The notes under the pieces are model-generated. The model was given only the letters and a program-made list of their open reading frames with translations. It ran no database searches and had not been told where the DNA came from. From Aequorivita sp. (lineage in GTDB: Bacteria; Bacteroidota; Bacteroidia; Flavobacteriales; Flavobacteriaceae): 64,000 nucleotides of DNA. Both the position numbers and the translations under genes were made by a program. The stretch covers positions 2,086,407-2,150,406 of the forward strand of contig CBDCMO010000002.1 in assembly GCA_965219125.1 (NCBI GenBank), read 5' to 3'. This document shows positions 46,693 to 57,913 of this stretch, piece after piece (within the stretch, counting starts at the first letter, position 1; every line of letters starts with the position of its first letter).

Positions 46693-48707
46693 ATGGCAAC
46701 ATTAAATTCAAAAATTCCGGAAGGCCCTTTAGCAGAAAAGTGGACAAATTATAAAAATAAAATCAACCTCGTAAATCCAGCCAACAAACGTAATATAGAT
46801 ATTATCGTTGTGGGTACAGGTCTTGCCGGCGGAAGTGCTGCAGCAACCTTGGCCGAATTGGGTTATAATGTAAAAACATTTTGTTATCAAGATTCTCCAC
46901 GTCGTGCGCATTCAATTGCAGCACAAGGTGGCATAAATGCAGCAAAAAATTATCAAGGTGATGGCGATTCTATTTACCGTCTTTTTTATGACACTGTAAA
47001 GGGTGGTGATTATCGTTCACGAGAAGCAAACGTTTATAGATTAGCTGAAGAATCAGCAAATATTATTGACCAATGTGTAGCACAAGGCGTTCCTTTTGCA
47101 CGTGAATACGGCGGGCTTTTAGACAACCGTAGTTTTGGTGGTGTATTGGTTTCAAGAACTTTTTATGCAAAAGGCCAAACAGGACAACAATTATTGTTGG
47201 GCGCTTACGCCGCAATGAACAGACAGGTAAATCGCGGAAAAATTCAAGCAATGAATCGCCACGAAATGATAGATATTGTAAAAATTGGCGGTAAAGCAAG
47301 AGGAATTATTGCAAGAAATCTTGTTACTGGTGAAATTGAAAGACATTCTGCCCACGCCGTTGTATTGGCAAGCGGTGGTTACGGTAATGTATTTTATTTA
47401 AGCACCAACGCAATGGGAAGTAATGTAACTGCTGCTTGGAGAGCTCATAAACGTGGAGCTTATTTTGCAAACCCATGTTACACACAAATACACCCAACTT
47501 GTATTCCAGTTTCGGGCGATCATCAATCTAAATTGACTTTAATGTCTGAATCTTTACGTAATGACGGTCGTATTTGGGTGCCAAAAAGCAAAGAAGATGC
47601 TGCGGCGATTAGAGATGGCAAGAAAAAACCAACCGATTTAAAACCAGAAGAACGCGATTATTATTTAGAGCGTCGTTATCCAGCTTTCGGAAATTTGGTT
47701 CCTCGTGATGTTGCTTCAAGAGCTGCAAAGGAAAGATGTGATGCAGGTTTTGGTGTTAATAAAACAGGTGAAGCAGTTTACTTAGATTTTGCAGCTGCAA
47801 TTACTCGTTACGGAAAAGAAGAAGCTCAAATTCACGGAAATCATAATCCTACAGACAAAGAAGTTTACAATTACGGAGCAAAGGTAATTGAGAATAAATA
47901 CGGGAATTTATTCCAGATGTATGAAAAGATTGTAGATGAAGATCCGTATAAAACGCCAATGATGATTTATCCGGCAGTGCATTATACAATGGGCGGACTT
48001 TGGGTAGATTATAACTTGCAGACCACAATTGAAGGTTGTTATTGCATAGGCGAAGCAAATTTTAGCGACCACGGCGCAAACAGATTGGGAGCATCAGCTC
48101 TTATGCAAGGTTTGGCAGATGGTTACTTTATTCTGCCTTATACAATTGGTGATTATTTATCCCACGATATTAGAACAGGAAAAATACCAACCGACGGACC
48201 AGAATTTGACCAAGTTGAAAAAGAAGCAAAAGAAAGAATTGCAAAATTAATGGGCGCTTCTGGAACACATTCTGTAGATTATTACCACAAACGCTTAGGC
48301 AAATAATGTGGGAAAAATGTGGAATGAGCCGAAATGCGGAAGGACTAAAAGAAGCAATGGCTGAAATTTCCGCCTTGCGTGAAGATTTTTGGAAAAACGT
48401 TCGAATTCCTGGATCAGAAGATAGCATGAATCCAGAATTAGAAAAAGCTGGAAGAGTAGCAGATTTCTTGGAACTTGGGGAGTTATTCGCTAAAGATGCT
48501 TTAGATAGAAACGAAAGTGCTGGAGGCCATTTTAGAGAAGAAAGCGTAGAACAAGACGGAGAGCAAAAAGGTGAAGCTTTGCGTGATGATGAACATTACA
48601 AATATGTAGCCGCGTGGGAATACACAGGAAATCCAAAAGATGAAATTTTACATAAAGAAGAATTAGTCTTTAAAAATATTGAGTTGAAAACAAGAAGTTA
48701 TAAGTAA
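46693..48707 (+). CDS. sdhA: succinate dehydrogenase/fumarate reductase flavoprotein subunit, split by an apparent 1-nt deletion at 48301-48306
   Basis: [17 protein letters not shown] (FAD fold) and [12 protein letters not shown] (covalent-FAD His). ORF 46693-48306 (537 aa) ends ...[11 protein letters not shown] 48306-48707 (133 aa) continues as [14 protein letters not shown] in the +1 frame. Together they make ~670 aa, the usual length. Confidence 0.9.
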
Positions 48708-48708
48708 A

Positions 48709-48722
48709 TTATTGGGTTATTA
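48709..48722. repeat. left arm of a 14-bp perfect inverted repeat bracketing the four-helix-bundle ORF
   Basis: TTATTGGGTTATTA, embedded in GTTATTNN octamer words (ATTATTGG GTTATTAA GTTATTTA GTTAATGG). Confidence 0.9.
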
Positions 48723-48746
48723 AGTTATTTAGTTAATGGACCATAT

Positions 48747-49125
48747 ATGACAAGTTTCAATAGTTTTGAAGATTTAGGTTGTTGGAAAAAAGCACGTTTT
48801 TTTTCGAAATTTTGAGAAAGATAAAATGATTCCAGCTTTTCCGAAAGATGAAATTTATGGACTGACTTCTCAGATTAGAAGATCTTCCCGTTCGGTAGGA
48901 AACAATATAGCTGAAGGTTTTGGAAGATTTCATTTTCAAAAGAACATTCAATTTTGCAGAATTGCCAGAGGATTTTTATTTGAAACGTTAGATGGCGGAA
49001 TAGTAGCTTTAGACGAAAACTATATATCCGAAGAAATTTTTTCAAAGCTTAGTGAATATCACGATAATAATACGCTCAAAATTTTAAATGGAAACATAAA
49101 GTATTTACAAAATAGTGAAGGTTAG
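48747..49125 (+). pseudogene. four-helix-bundle protein (23S rRNA intervening-sequence protein family), frameshifted in a T8 run
   Basis: MTSFNSFEDLGCWKKARFF (frame 1, stop at 48813) continues in the track ORF frame as RNFEKDKMIPAFPKDEIYGLTSQIRRSSRSVGNNIAEGFGR... if the T8 at 48797-48804 is read as T7. The W.KAR...FP..E.YGL.SQ.RR...S...NIAEG pattern is the family signature. Confidence 0.7.
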
Positions 49126-49165
49126 AAAATTTTTGATAAGCTTTAAATAAAGTAAAACAATTACA

Positions 49166-49179
49166 TAATAACCCAATAA
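49166..49179. repeat. right arm of the 14-bp perfect inverted repeat
   Basis: TAATAACCCAATAA is the exact reverse complement of 48709-48722. It is embedded in ATAATAAC CCAATAAC GTAATAAC. Confidence 0.9.
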
Positions 49180-49194
49180 CGTAATAACATAATC

Positions 49195-49941
49195 ATGAAA
49201 CTTACCCTAAAAATATGGCGTCAAGCCAACAATAAAGCTAAAGGATCATTTAAAACATATCCTGTTGATGGGATTGAAGGCGATATGTCTTTTCTTGAAA
49301 TGTTAGACGTGCTTAATGAAGGTCTAAACAATAAAGGTGAAGATCCAGTTGTTTTCGATCACGATTGTCGCGAAGGAATTTGCGGCAGTTGCAGCTTGCA
49401 GATTAATGGCGAACCGCACGGTCCAGATAGATTAGTAACTACGTGCCAATTGCATATGCGTATGTTTAACGATGGCGATACCATTGTTATCGAACCTTTT
49501 AGAGCAAAGGCGTTTCCGGTAATTAAAGATTTAGCAATAGACAGAAGTGCTTTTGATAGAATTCAACAAGCTGGCGGTTATATTTCTATAAATACCTCAG
49601 GAAATACTATTGATGCCAACACAATTCCAATTGATAAAGAAGACGCAGATGCTTCTTTTTATTCAGCAACCTGTATTGGTTGTGGCGCTTGTGTTGCAGC
49701 GTGTAAAAATGCGAGCGCTATGTTATTTACATCAGCAAAAGTAAGCCAGTTCGCGCTTTTGCCACAAGGTCAAGTTGAAGCTGCTACAAGGGTTTTGAAT
49801 ATGGTAGCGCAAATGGACAAAGAAGGTTTTGGCAATTGTAGTAATACCGGAGCTTGCGAAATTGAATGTCCAAAAGGGATTTCGCTTGAAAATATTGCAA
49901 GAATGAACCGTGAATATATGGCTGCAAGTGCAGAAGGATAA
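49195..49941 (+). CDS. sdhB: succinate dehydrogenase/fumarate reductase iron-sulfur subunit
   Basis: Cys clusters CREGICGSC (2Fe-2S), [11 protein letters not shown] (4Fe-4S) and [12 protein letters not shown] (3Fe-4S). Confidence 0.93.
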   Translation: MKLTLKIWRQANNKAKGSFKTYPVDGIEGDMSFLEMLDVLNEGLNNKGEDPVVFDHDCREGICGSCSLQINGEPHGPDRLVTTCQLHMRMFNDGDTIVIEPFRAKAFPVIKDLAIDRSAFDRIQQAGGYISINTSGNTIDANTIPIDKEDADASFYSATCIGCGACVAACKNASAMLFTSAKVSQFALLPQGQVEAATRVLNMVAQMDKEGFGNCSNTGACEIECPKGISLENIARMNREYMAASAEG

Positions 49942-49964
49942 ATTTTTGAAACTCATAATTTTTC

Positions 49965-50002
49965 AAAACCCAAATCTTTTTTCTGATTTGGGTTTTTTGT
50001 TT
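49965..50002 (+). terminator. rho-independent terminator of the sdh operon
   Basis: AAAACCCAAATC / GATTTGGGTTTT is a perfect 12-bp stem around an 8-nt loop, followed by TTGTTTT. Confidence 0.8.
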
Positions 50003-50049
50003 TTAATAACATATTGAAGCCTAGAAAATTCCTAATTTGTAAAGCGTTT

Positions 50050-50520
50050 ATGAAGTATGACGAAGTAAAAATAATTGTACCTAGATTCAATGAAGAATCC
50101 GGCTTTTACACCACAAAAAAGCGGTCTAAAATAATGGGCAAAATTCGTGGAACCAATACAAAACCAGAATTACTTTTTAGAAGAGCACTTTGGAAAGAAG
50201 GCGTTCGATATCGCATAAACAGTAAAAAACTTCCCGGAAAACCTGATGTCTCAATTCAAAAATATAAACTTGCTATTTTTATTGATGGAGAATTTTGGCA
50301 CGGCTACAATTGGCCGGAACGAAAATTAAAATTGAAGACAAATAAAGATTTTTGGATACCAAAGATTGAACGAAATATGCAACGCGATCGGGAAGTAAAT
50401 AGCCAATTTGAAGATTTGGGTTTTACCGTTTTCAGATTTTGGGCAAATGAGATTAAAAATGATCTTTCTAAATGTATTAATGATATACTGGTCTTTATAA
50501 ACACAGGACAAAATGAATAA
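50050..50520 (+). CDS. vsr: very short patch repair endonuclease
   Basis: TKKRSKIMGKIRGTNTKPELLFRRALWKEGVRYR...PGKPDVSIQKYKLAIFIDGEFWHG is the Vsr signature. ATG at 50050 is preferred. Its end overlaps the next gene's ATG by 8 nt. Confidence 0.88.
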   Translation: MKYDEVKIIVPRFNEESGFYTTKKRSKIMGKIRGTNTKPELLFRRALWKEGVRYRINSKKLPGKPDVSIQKYKLAIFIDGEFWHGYNWPERKLKLKTNKDFWIPKIERNMQRDREVNSQFEDLGFTVFRFWANEIKNDLSKCINDILVFINTGQNE

Positions 50521-51670
50521 TAATTCAAAACTACCGAATATTCCAGAATCCATTTTCTCGATTATGAGCAAGATGGCTGCAGAACATAACGCAATTAATC
50601 TTTCTCAGGGATTTCCAAATTTTCCAAGTGATCAAAATTTGATAAATCTTGTAAACAAAGCAATGCAGGACGGTTTTAATCAATATGCTCCAATGGCGGG
50701 AGATTTTGAATTGCGGTTTGAAATTTCAAAAAAAATTGAAAAGCTACATAATCAATTTTACAAACCTGAAACCGAAATTACCATAGCCGCAGGTGCAACA
50801 CAAGCTATTTTTACAGCAATTGCAGCTACAATCAACAAAGGCGATGAGGTAATAATATTCACACCAGCGTATGATTGTTATGCGCCAAGTGTTCAATTGT
50901 TTGGCGGTAAAATTGTTCCCATTCAACTAAAACCACCTTTTTATACAATAGATTGGCAAGAAGTTGAAGACAAAATTAACAATAAAACAAAGATGATTAT
51001 TATTAACAGTCCGCACAACCCAAGCGGAATGTTGGCTTCGGAAGAAGATATGTTACAACTTCAAAAACTGGCAGAAAAAAATGATTTGTTGGTTTTAAGC
51101 GATGAAGTTTACGAGCATATTATTTTCGATGGAAATGTGCATCAAAGCGCTTCAAAATTTGAAGCATTGGCGGCTCGAAGTTTTGTGACGTCATCTTTCG
51201 GAAAAACTTTTCATAATACAGGCTGGAAAATTGGCTATTGCGCCGCACCAGAAAAATTGATGAAGGAGTTTCAAAAAGTTCATCAATATATAGTTTTTTG
51301 CGTTAATCATCCTATTCAAAAGGCCTTGGCAACCTATCTCAAAGATTCTGAAACGTATTTAAAACTTCCAAATTTCTATCAGCAGAAACGCGATTTGTTT
51401 GTGAATTTAATTAAAGTTTCCGACTTTAAAATTATTCCTTCAAAAGGCACATATTTTCAGTTACTAGATTTTTCTGAAATTTCAAAAGAAAGCGATATTG
51501 CTTTTGCTGAAAGACTAACCAAAGAATATAAAATTGCAACAATCCCAACTTCAGTATTTAATGAAAAAGGGAAAGACTTCAAACAAATTAGAGTTTGCTT
51601 CGCTAAAATGGATGAAACCTTGGCTGAAGCTGCAAAAATTTTAAAAAATCTGACTTCAGAAAAGTTTTGA
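50513..51670 (+). CDS. class I/II PLP-dependent aminotransferase (YbdL/methionine aminotransferase-like)
   Basis: NLSQGFPNF, SPHNPSG, DEVYEH and SSFGKTFHNTGWKIGY (PLP lysine) motifs. 385 aa. Confidence 0.85.
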   Translation: MNNNSKLPNIPESIFSIMSKMAAEHNAINLSQGFPNFPSDQNLINLVNKAMQDGFNQYAPMAGDFELRFEISKKIEKLHNQFYKPETEITIAAGATQAIFTAIAATINKGDEVIIFTPAYDCYAPSVQLFGGKIVPIQLKPPFYTIDWQEVEDKINNKTKMIIINSPHNPSGMLASEEDMLQLQKLAEKNDLLVLSDEVYEHIIFDGNVHQSASKFEALAARSFVTSSFGKTFHNTGWKIGYCAAPEKLMKEFQKVHQYIVFCVNHPIQKALATYLKDSETYLKLPNFYQQKRDLFVNLIKVSDFKIIPSKGTYFQLLDFSEISKESDIAFAERLTKEYKIATIPTSVFNEKGKDFKQIRVCFAKMDETLAEAAKILKNLTSEKF

Positions 51671-51778
51671 AATTTTTTCAATTTAAAAAAGTTATAGATT
51701 TATTGCTTACCTATAAGGTTTATCAATCAATATATTATTACTTACAATTAGAAAACGAGATACATTAATGCTATTTGA

Positions 51779-54094
<2,316 letters not shown>

Positions 54095-54122
54095 AACTTG
54101 AAAGAGTTATAATATTTAAAAG

Positions 54123-54149
54123 GAGCTGCAGTTTTTGTGGCTCTTTTTT
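54123..54149 (+). terminator. possible weak terminator after katG
   Basis: GAGCTGC / GTGGCTC is a 7-bp stem with two G-U pairs around a 7-nt loop, followed by T6. Confidence 0.35.
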
Positions 54150-54196
54150 GATTAATTTTATAGGCTATTTGCTTTAGCAAAAATTGGAGTGATATT

Positions 54197-54673
54197 ATGA
54201 AAGACAAACTGTTTAACGCCATACGAGAAGAAGATTTAAAAACCGCAAAGGATATTTTGGCAGATTTTCCTGAATTTGTTTCAGAAAAAGATGCACGCGG
54301 TTCTACGCCATTATTATTGGCAACCTATTACGGCTCTAAACCAATTACTGAAGAAATTTTAAAAATTGAACAAAATATTGATGCACAAGATGCTTCGGGC
54401 AATACAGCTTTAATGGGCGTTTGCTTTAAAGGTTTTGATGAAATTGCCGAATTACTTATTAAAAAAGGCGCAAACGTAAACGCGGAAAACTTCAATAAAG
54501 CAACCGCATTAATTTTTGCCTCCACTTTTGGTCGAAAAAAAATTGTTGAACTTTTAATTGAGAATGGAGCAGACCTAAACCACAAAGACGAGCGCGGAAA
54601 CACGGCAGAAGAACACGCCAAAATGCAAGGTTTAATGGAAATTTCTGAACTTATTCAAAAACATAAAATGTAA
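54197..54673 (+). CDS. ankyrin repeat protein
   Basis: Four ANK units (GSTPLLLATYYG, GNTALMGVCFKG, ATALIFASTFG, GNTAEEHA). 158 aa, no signal peptide. Confidence 0.88.
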   Translation: MKDKLFNAIREEDLKTAKDILADFPEFVSEKDARGSTPLLLATYYGSKPITEEILKIEQNIDAQDASGNTALMGVCFKGFDEIAELLIKKGANVNAENFNKATALIFASTFGRKKIVELLIENGADLNHKDERGNTAEEHAKMQGLMEISELIQKHKM

Positions 54674-54709
54674 CTTTTTTCTTCGGAATAAATTAAAATC
54701 ACTTTTCAG

Positions 54710-55486
54710 TTGGACAATATTAAAATAACACTAATTCAATCACACCTTCATTGGGAAAATGCTGTTGCAAATCGCAATTTGTTTTCTGAAAAGATTGATT
54801 CAATAAAAGAAGAAACAGATTTAATTGTGCTGCCTGAAATGTTTACTACCGGTTTTTCAATGAATGCTAAAAATCTTGCTGAAGCGAATGATGGTGAAAC
54901 ATTAAATTGGTTAAAAACTGAAGCAAAAAAGAAGAATTCGGCAATTACAGGAAGCGTAATTATTAAAGAAAGCAATTCATTTTATAATAGGCTTTTCTTT
55001 GTTTACCCAAATGGCGAATATAAAAAGTATGACAAAAAACACACGTTTACGTTGGCAAAAGAGCACGAAATATATACTTCTGGCGAACAAATTTTGATTG
55101 TTGATTTGAGCGGTTGGAAAATCTCTCCACTTATTTGTTATGATCTTCGTTTCCCAGTTTGGGCAAGAAACACGATGGATTATGACATTTTATTGTACGT
55201 AGCCAATTGGCCAAAAATTAGAACAACAGCTTGGGATGCGCTTCTAAAAGCTAGAGCTATTGAAAATATGAGTTACTGCATTGGTGTAAACAGAGTAGGA
55301 TTGGACGGCAACGGATTTGAATATAGTGGACATTCCGCAGTTTATGATGTTTTGGGCGAGCAGATTAATGAAGTAAATGATGAAACGGAATTTATCCAAA
55401 CCCTAACACTTTCTAAAGAACATATAACTTCAAATAGAAATCATTTTCGGTTTTTGGATGACAGAGATTCATTTATTCTAACGTAA
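54710..55486 (+). CDS. carbon-nitrogen hydrolase family amidohydrolase (YafV/omega-amidase-like)
   Basis: Catalytic triad context: LPEMF (Glu), YDKKH (Lys), ICYDLRFP (Cys). TTG start at 54710; there is no in-frame ATG upstream. Confidence 0.8.
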   Translation: MDNIKITLIQSHLHWENAVANRNLFSEKIDSIKEETDLIVLPEMFTTGFSMNAKNLAEANDGETLNWLKTEAKKKNSAITGSVIIKESNSFYNRLFFVYPNGEYKKYDKKHTFTLAKEHEIYTSGEQILIVDLSGWKISPLICYDLRFPVWARNTMDYDILLYVANWPKIRTTAWDALLKARAIENMSYCIGVNRVGLDGNGFEYSGHSAVYDVLGEQINEVNDETEFIQTLTLSKEHITSNRNHFRFLDDRDSFILT

Positions 55487-57140
55487 AAGTCTCAATTGGG
55501 CTCCAATTGGCTCGTACTTCAATTTTTCTGGGGTAGAAAACAATTTTCTCTGGTTTTCTTCTGCTTAGAAAATCGCCACTGTCCCATTTCTTGTTTTCGT
55601 TTTCATCATATATTATTCTGAAATAATAGCGTGCTGGCGATATTTCATCAAAAAATATAGCTCTGTTTTCAGTCAAATATTGTTCATCAACTACCGTCAA
55701 TTTTTCATTCAGAAGCTGCACGATTATGGGAAATTGCTTCACGTTATTCAAATTCAAAGTAAGCGTGCCGTAATCTGATTCCAACTTTGTATTTAACGTT
55801 GTGCGAATGGTATCGTTTTTATTTCCGAAGAAATCTATAATTGCATCCGGCAGGAAATTTAGTGTATATCGCTGTTCTTCTTTTTTAGCAAAAATAATTT
55901 CTGCCAAATTATAAGTTGAATCTATTCTCGTAGTAAAGTCAATATTTAATGTGTCTTTATCGTTGATTTTAATTTTCTCATTATCTATTTTCCGAAGTGG
56001 TGTATTTGCCAAAAGTTTAAAAGTGTCCTTTAATTTCAACGTATTTCCTGCTAGCGAAATTAATGAAAGTGAATCTTTGCTCAAATTGCGAAGACGTAAT
56101 GTTAGCGTATCAATCCTACTTTTATTTTTAACTTGAAATATTATAGAGTCTTTTTCAATGTCTGGCCTAAAATAGTAATGTAACGTGTCCTTTTTCAAAT
56201 CGCGATATGTAGTTGCTTCAAAATCATCGGGAATTTCAGTAATAACCTTAATTTGAAGACTATCCGCAACACCTTCAAAACCAAATAAAATATGGTTTTT
56301 GCTTTCTTGTTTCGGCTTATTTGCCTTGTATTGTTGCTGTTCTTTAAATACTGTAATATTATATGTACTATCTGTTGGCAGCGTTATATAATCATCAACA
56401 AATCCAATTTTATCTGTTCTTGGCTGAAAAATGTAATCGTTGGTTTTTTCTTTCAATGCCAGTAAAAGATATTTTCCAGCCTTAATATTCGTAAGTTCAT
56501 ACGTTCCCGAACTATCAGTTGTCACAGTGATGTAGGTTGGTTTTTCTTTATAAATTAAACTATCCTTAAAAGCTTCGTTAGCTTCATATAATAGTACGGT
56601 TGTAGGCAATTCAGCATTTAGAAGTTGGGCATCGAAAACTTTCCCGGTCAGTTTCAAACTATCAATATAACTTCCAGTAGAAATTACGTATTTGAAATAC
56701 GGAAACGGATTATCCTCATTGTTATCAACGATACTATTTCCGAAGTTGAAAGAATAAGTTGTGTTCTCTTTTAAAGTATCCAAAATTTTAATTCGAAGTG
56801 TTTTTGAAGTACTTAAAGGCGTAATAATTGGCGCATATTTTAAAGGTGGCGAAATAATTAGCTCTTTTTGAATATCTTTCAACTTGATATATTCATCAAA
56901 CGTTATCCTAATTTCATCACCTTTAAAGTTGGTGGTATAATTTTCGGGATTGCTTCGTATGATAACCGGCGCAAGACTATCCTTTAAACCGCCGCTTGGT
57001 GTTCCTTTTTTGGCACAATCTACAAATGAAAGTAGAAAAAGGAAAAATATAGGTATGTAGAGTAGGCGATGTTTCAAGTGTGTAATTTTTATATAAACTT
57101 TTAAATTGTTTCTTTTAATCGAATTTTCAAAATTACACAA
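55473..57140 (-). CDS. Ig-like (SbsA-type) domain lipoprotein, function unknown
   Basis: 555-aa ORF with lipobox (LLSFVDCAKKG). N-terminal APVIIRSNPENYTTNFKGDEIRITFDEYI is Ig-like. The start codon is uncertain. Confidence 0.55.
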   Translation of the reverse strand: MCNFENSIKRNNLKVYIKITHLKHRLLYIPIFFLFLLSFVDCAKKGTPSGGLKDSLAPVIIRSNPENYTTNFKGDEIRITFDEYIKLKDIQKELIISPPLKYAPIITPLSTSKTLRIKILDTLKENTTYSFNFGNSIVDNNEDNPFPYFKYVISTGSYIDSLKLTGKVFDAQLLNAELPTTVLLYEANEAFKDSLIYKEKPTYITVTTDSSGTYELTNIKAGKYLLLALKEKTNDYIFQPRTDKIGFVDDYITLPTDSTYNITVFKEQQQYKANKPKQESKNHILFGFEGVADSLQIKVITEIPDDFEATTYRDLKKDTLHYYFRPDIEKDSIIFQVKNKSRIDTLTLRLRNLSKDSLSLISLAGNTLKLKDTFKLLANTPLRKIDNEKIKINDKDTLNIDFTTRIDSTYNLAEIIFAKKEEQRYTLNFLPDAIIDFFGNKNDTIRTTLNTKLESDYGTLTLNLNNVKQFPIIVQLLNEKLTVVDEQYLTENRAIFFDEISPARYYFRIIYDENENKKWDSGDFLSRRKPEKIVFYPRKIEVRANWSPIETFTLE

Positions 57141-57166
57141 TAAGAAGTAACATCATAAAATTAGTT

Positions 57167-57829
57167 TTAAGCTATTGCAATTGTGGCAATGCTTAGTTTT
57201 ACGCCTTCAGCAGTTAAAAGTTGAAGTGCACATTTTTCCAACGTTGCACCGGTTGTTACAATATCGTCAACCAACAAAATGTGCTTGTTGGCAATTTTTT
57301 CTTTGTCTGTTAAAATAAAAACCTCTTCAGCTTCAAAACGCATAATCCGTTTTCTGAAAGCCTGCGAACCTGTTTTTGAAATTTTCACCAAAGCATCTTC
57401 GTTATATTCGCATTTTAAAGCTTTCGCAATTTCAACTCCAAATCCCGTTACTTGATTATAGCCACGTGTTTTTAGTTTCTGTTTGTGAAGTGGAACTGGT
57501 ATAACAAGGTCTATTTTTTGATATTCGGGAATTTCGGACAGTTCTAAACCAAGCCATTCTCCAAACATATAACTTATTTCCTGTTGTTTCCTGTATTTCA
57601 GATTATGAAGTATTTGCTGTGTAATACTTTGTTTTTCAAAACGCAATAGCGCTGTGGCGTTATCCAATTTAAATTTTCCGTAAAATAAATTCTTTAAACT
57701 TACATCGCAAGTTAAGTGGTGGCTGGCAATTGAAAGTTGGTGTCTACAGGAAATACAAATTAACTTTTCTTCTCCCAATAATGCTTCATTACAGCCATTA
57801 CATAGTTTTGGAAACAGTAGATTTAACAT
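57167..57829 (-). CDS. comF: ComF family phosphoribosyltransferase-domain protein
   Basis: N-terminal Cys4 pattern (CNGC...CISC) and PRTase motif ILLVDDIVTTGATL. Confidence 0.85.
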   Translation of the reverse strand: MLNLLFPKLCNGCNEALLGEEKLICISCRHQLSIASHHLTCDVSLKNLFYGKFKLDNATALLRFEKQSITQQILHNLKYRKQQEISYMFGEWLGLELSEIPEYQKIDLVIPVPLHKQKLKTRGYNQVTGFGVEIAKALKCEYNEDALVKISKTGSQAFRKRIMRFEAEEVFILTDKEKIANKHILLVDDIVTTGATLEKCALQLLTAEGVKLSIATIAIA

Positions 57830-57913
57830 AATTTAAGACTTTTTATCATTTTATAAACATACCTGCATTGTTTCAAAGCCTACATTTACCAACTAAAACA
57901 AACCCAATAACTT

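Noticed and set aside
46542-46754. 70-aa ORF bridging sdhC and sdhA, and the antisense ORFs 48170-48427 and 48757-48951 around the sdhA break and the four-helix-bundle gene.
   Set aside because: They are out-of-frame overlaps with confidently assigned genes, with no motifs.
48298-48308. Programmed ribosomal frameshift or translational coupling that makes a genuine two-piece SdhA.
   Set aside because: There is no slippery heptamer plus downstream structure. The break falls inside a conserved domain. The same window has three other homopolymer-associated breaks, so a sequencing error is the simpler explanation.
51692-51716. OxyR-type operator upstream of katG.
   Set aside because: The dyad is TTATAG-N13-CTATAA, not the ATAG-N7-CTAT tetrad spacing of OxyR sites. 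I keep it only as an unassigned dyad in the katG finding.
55473-55486. 14-nt overlap of the convergent 3' ends of the C-N hydrolase gene and the Ig-like lipoprotein gene.
   Set aside because: This is real but common in compact genomes. There is no evidence of antisense regulation beyond the overlap itself.
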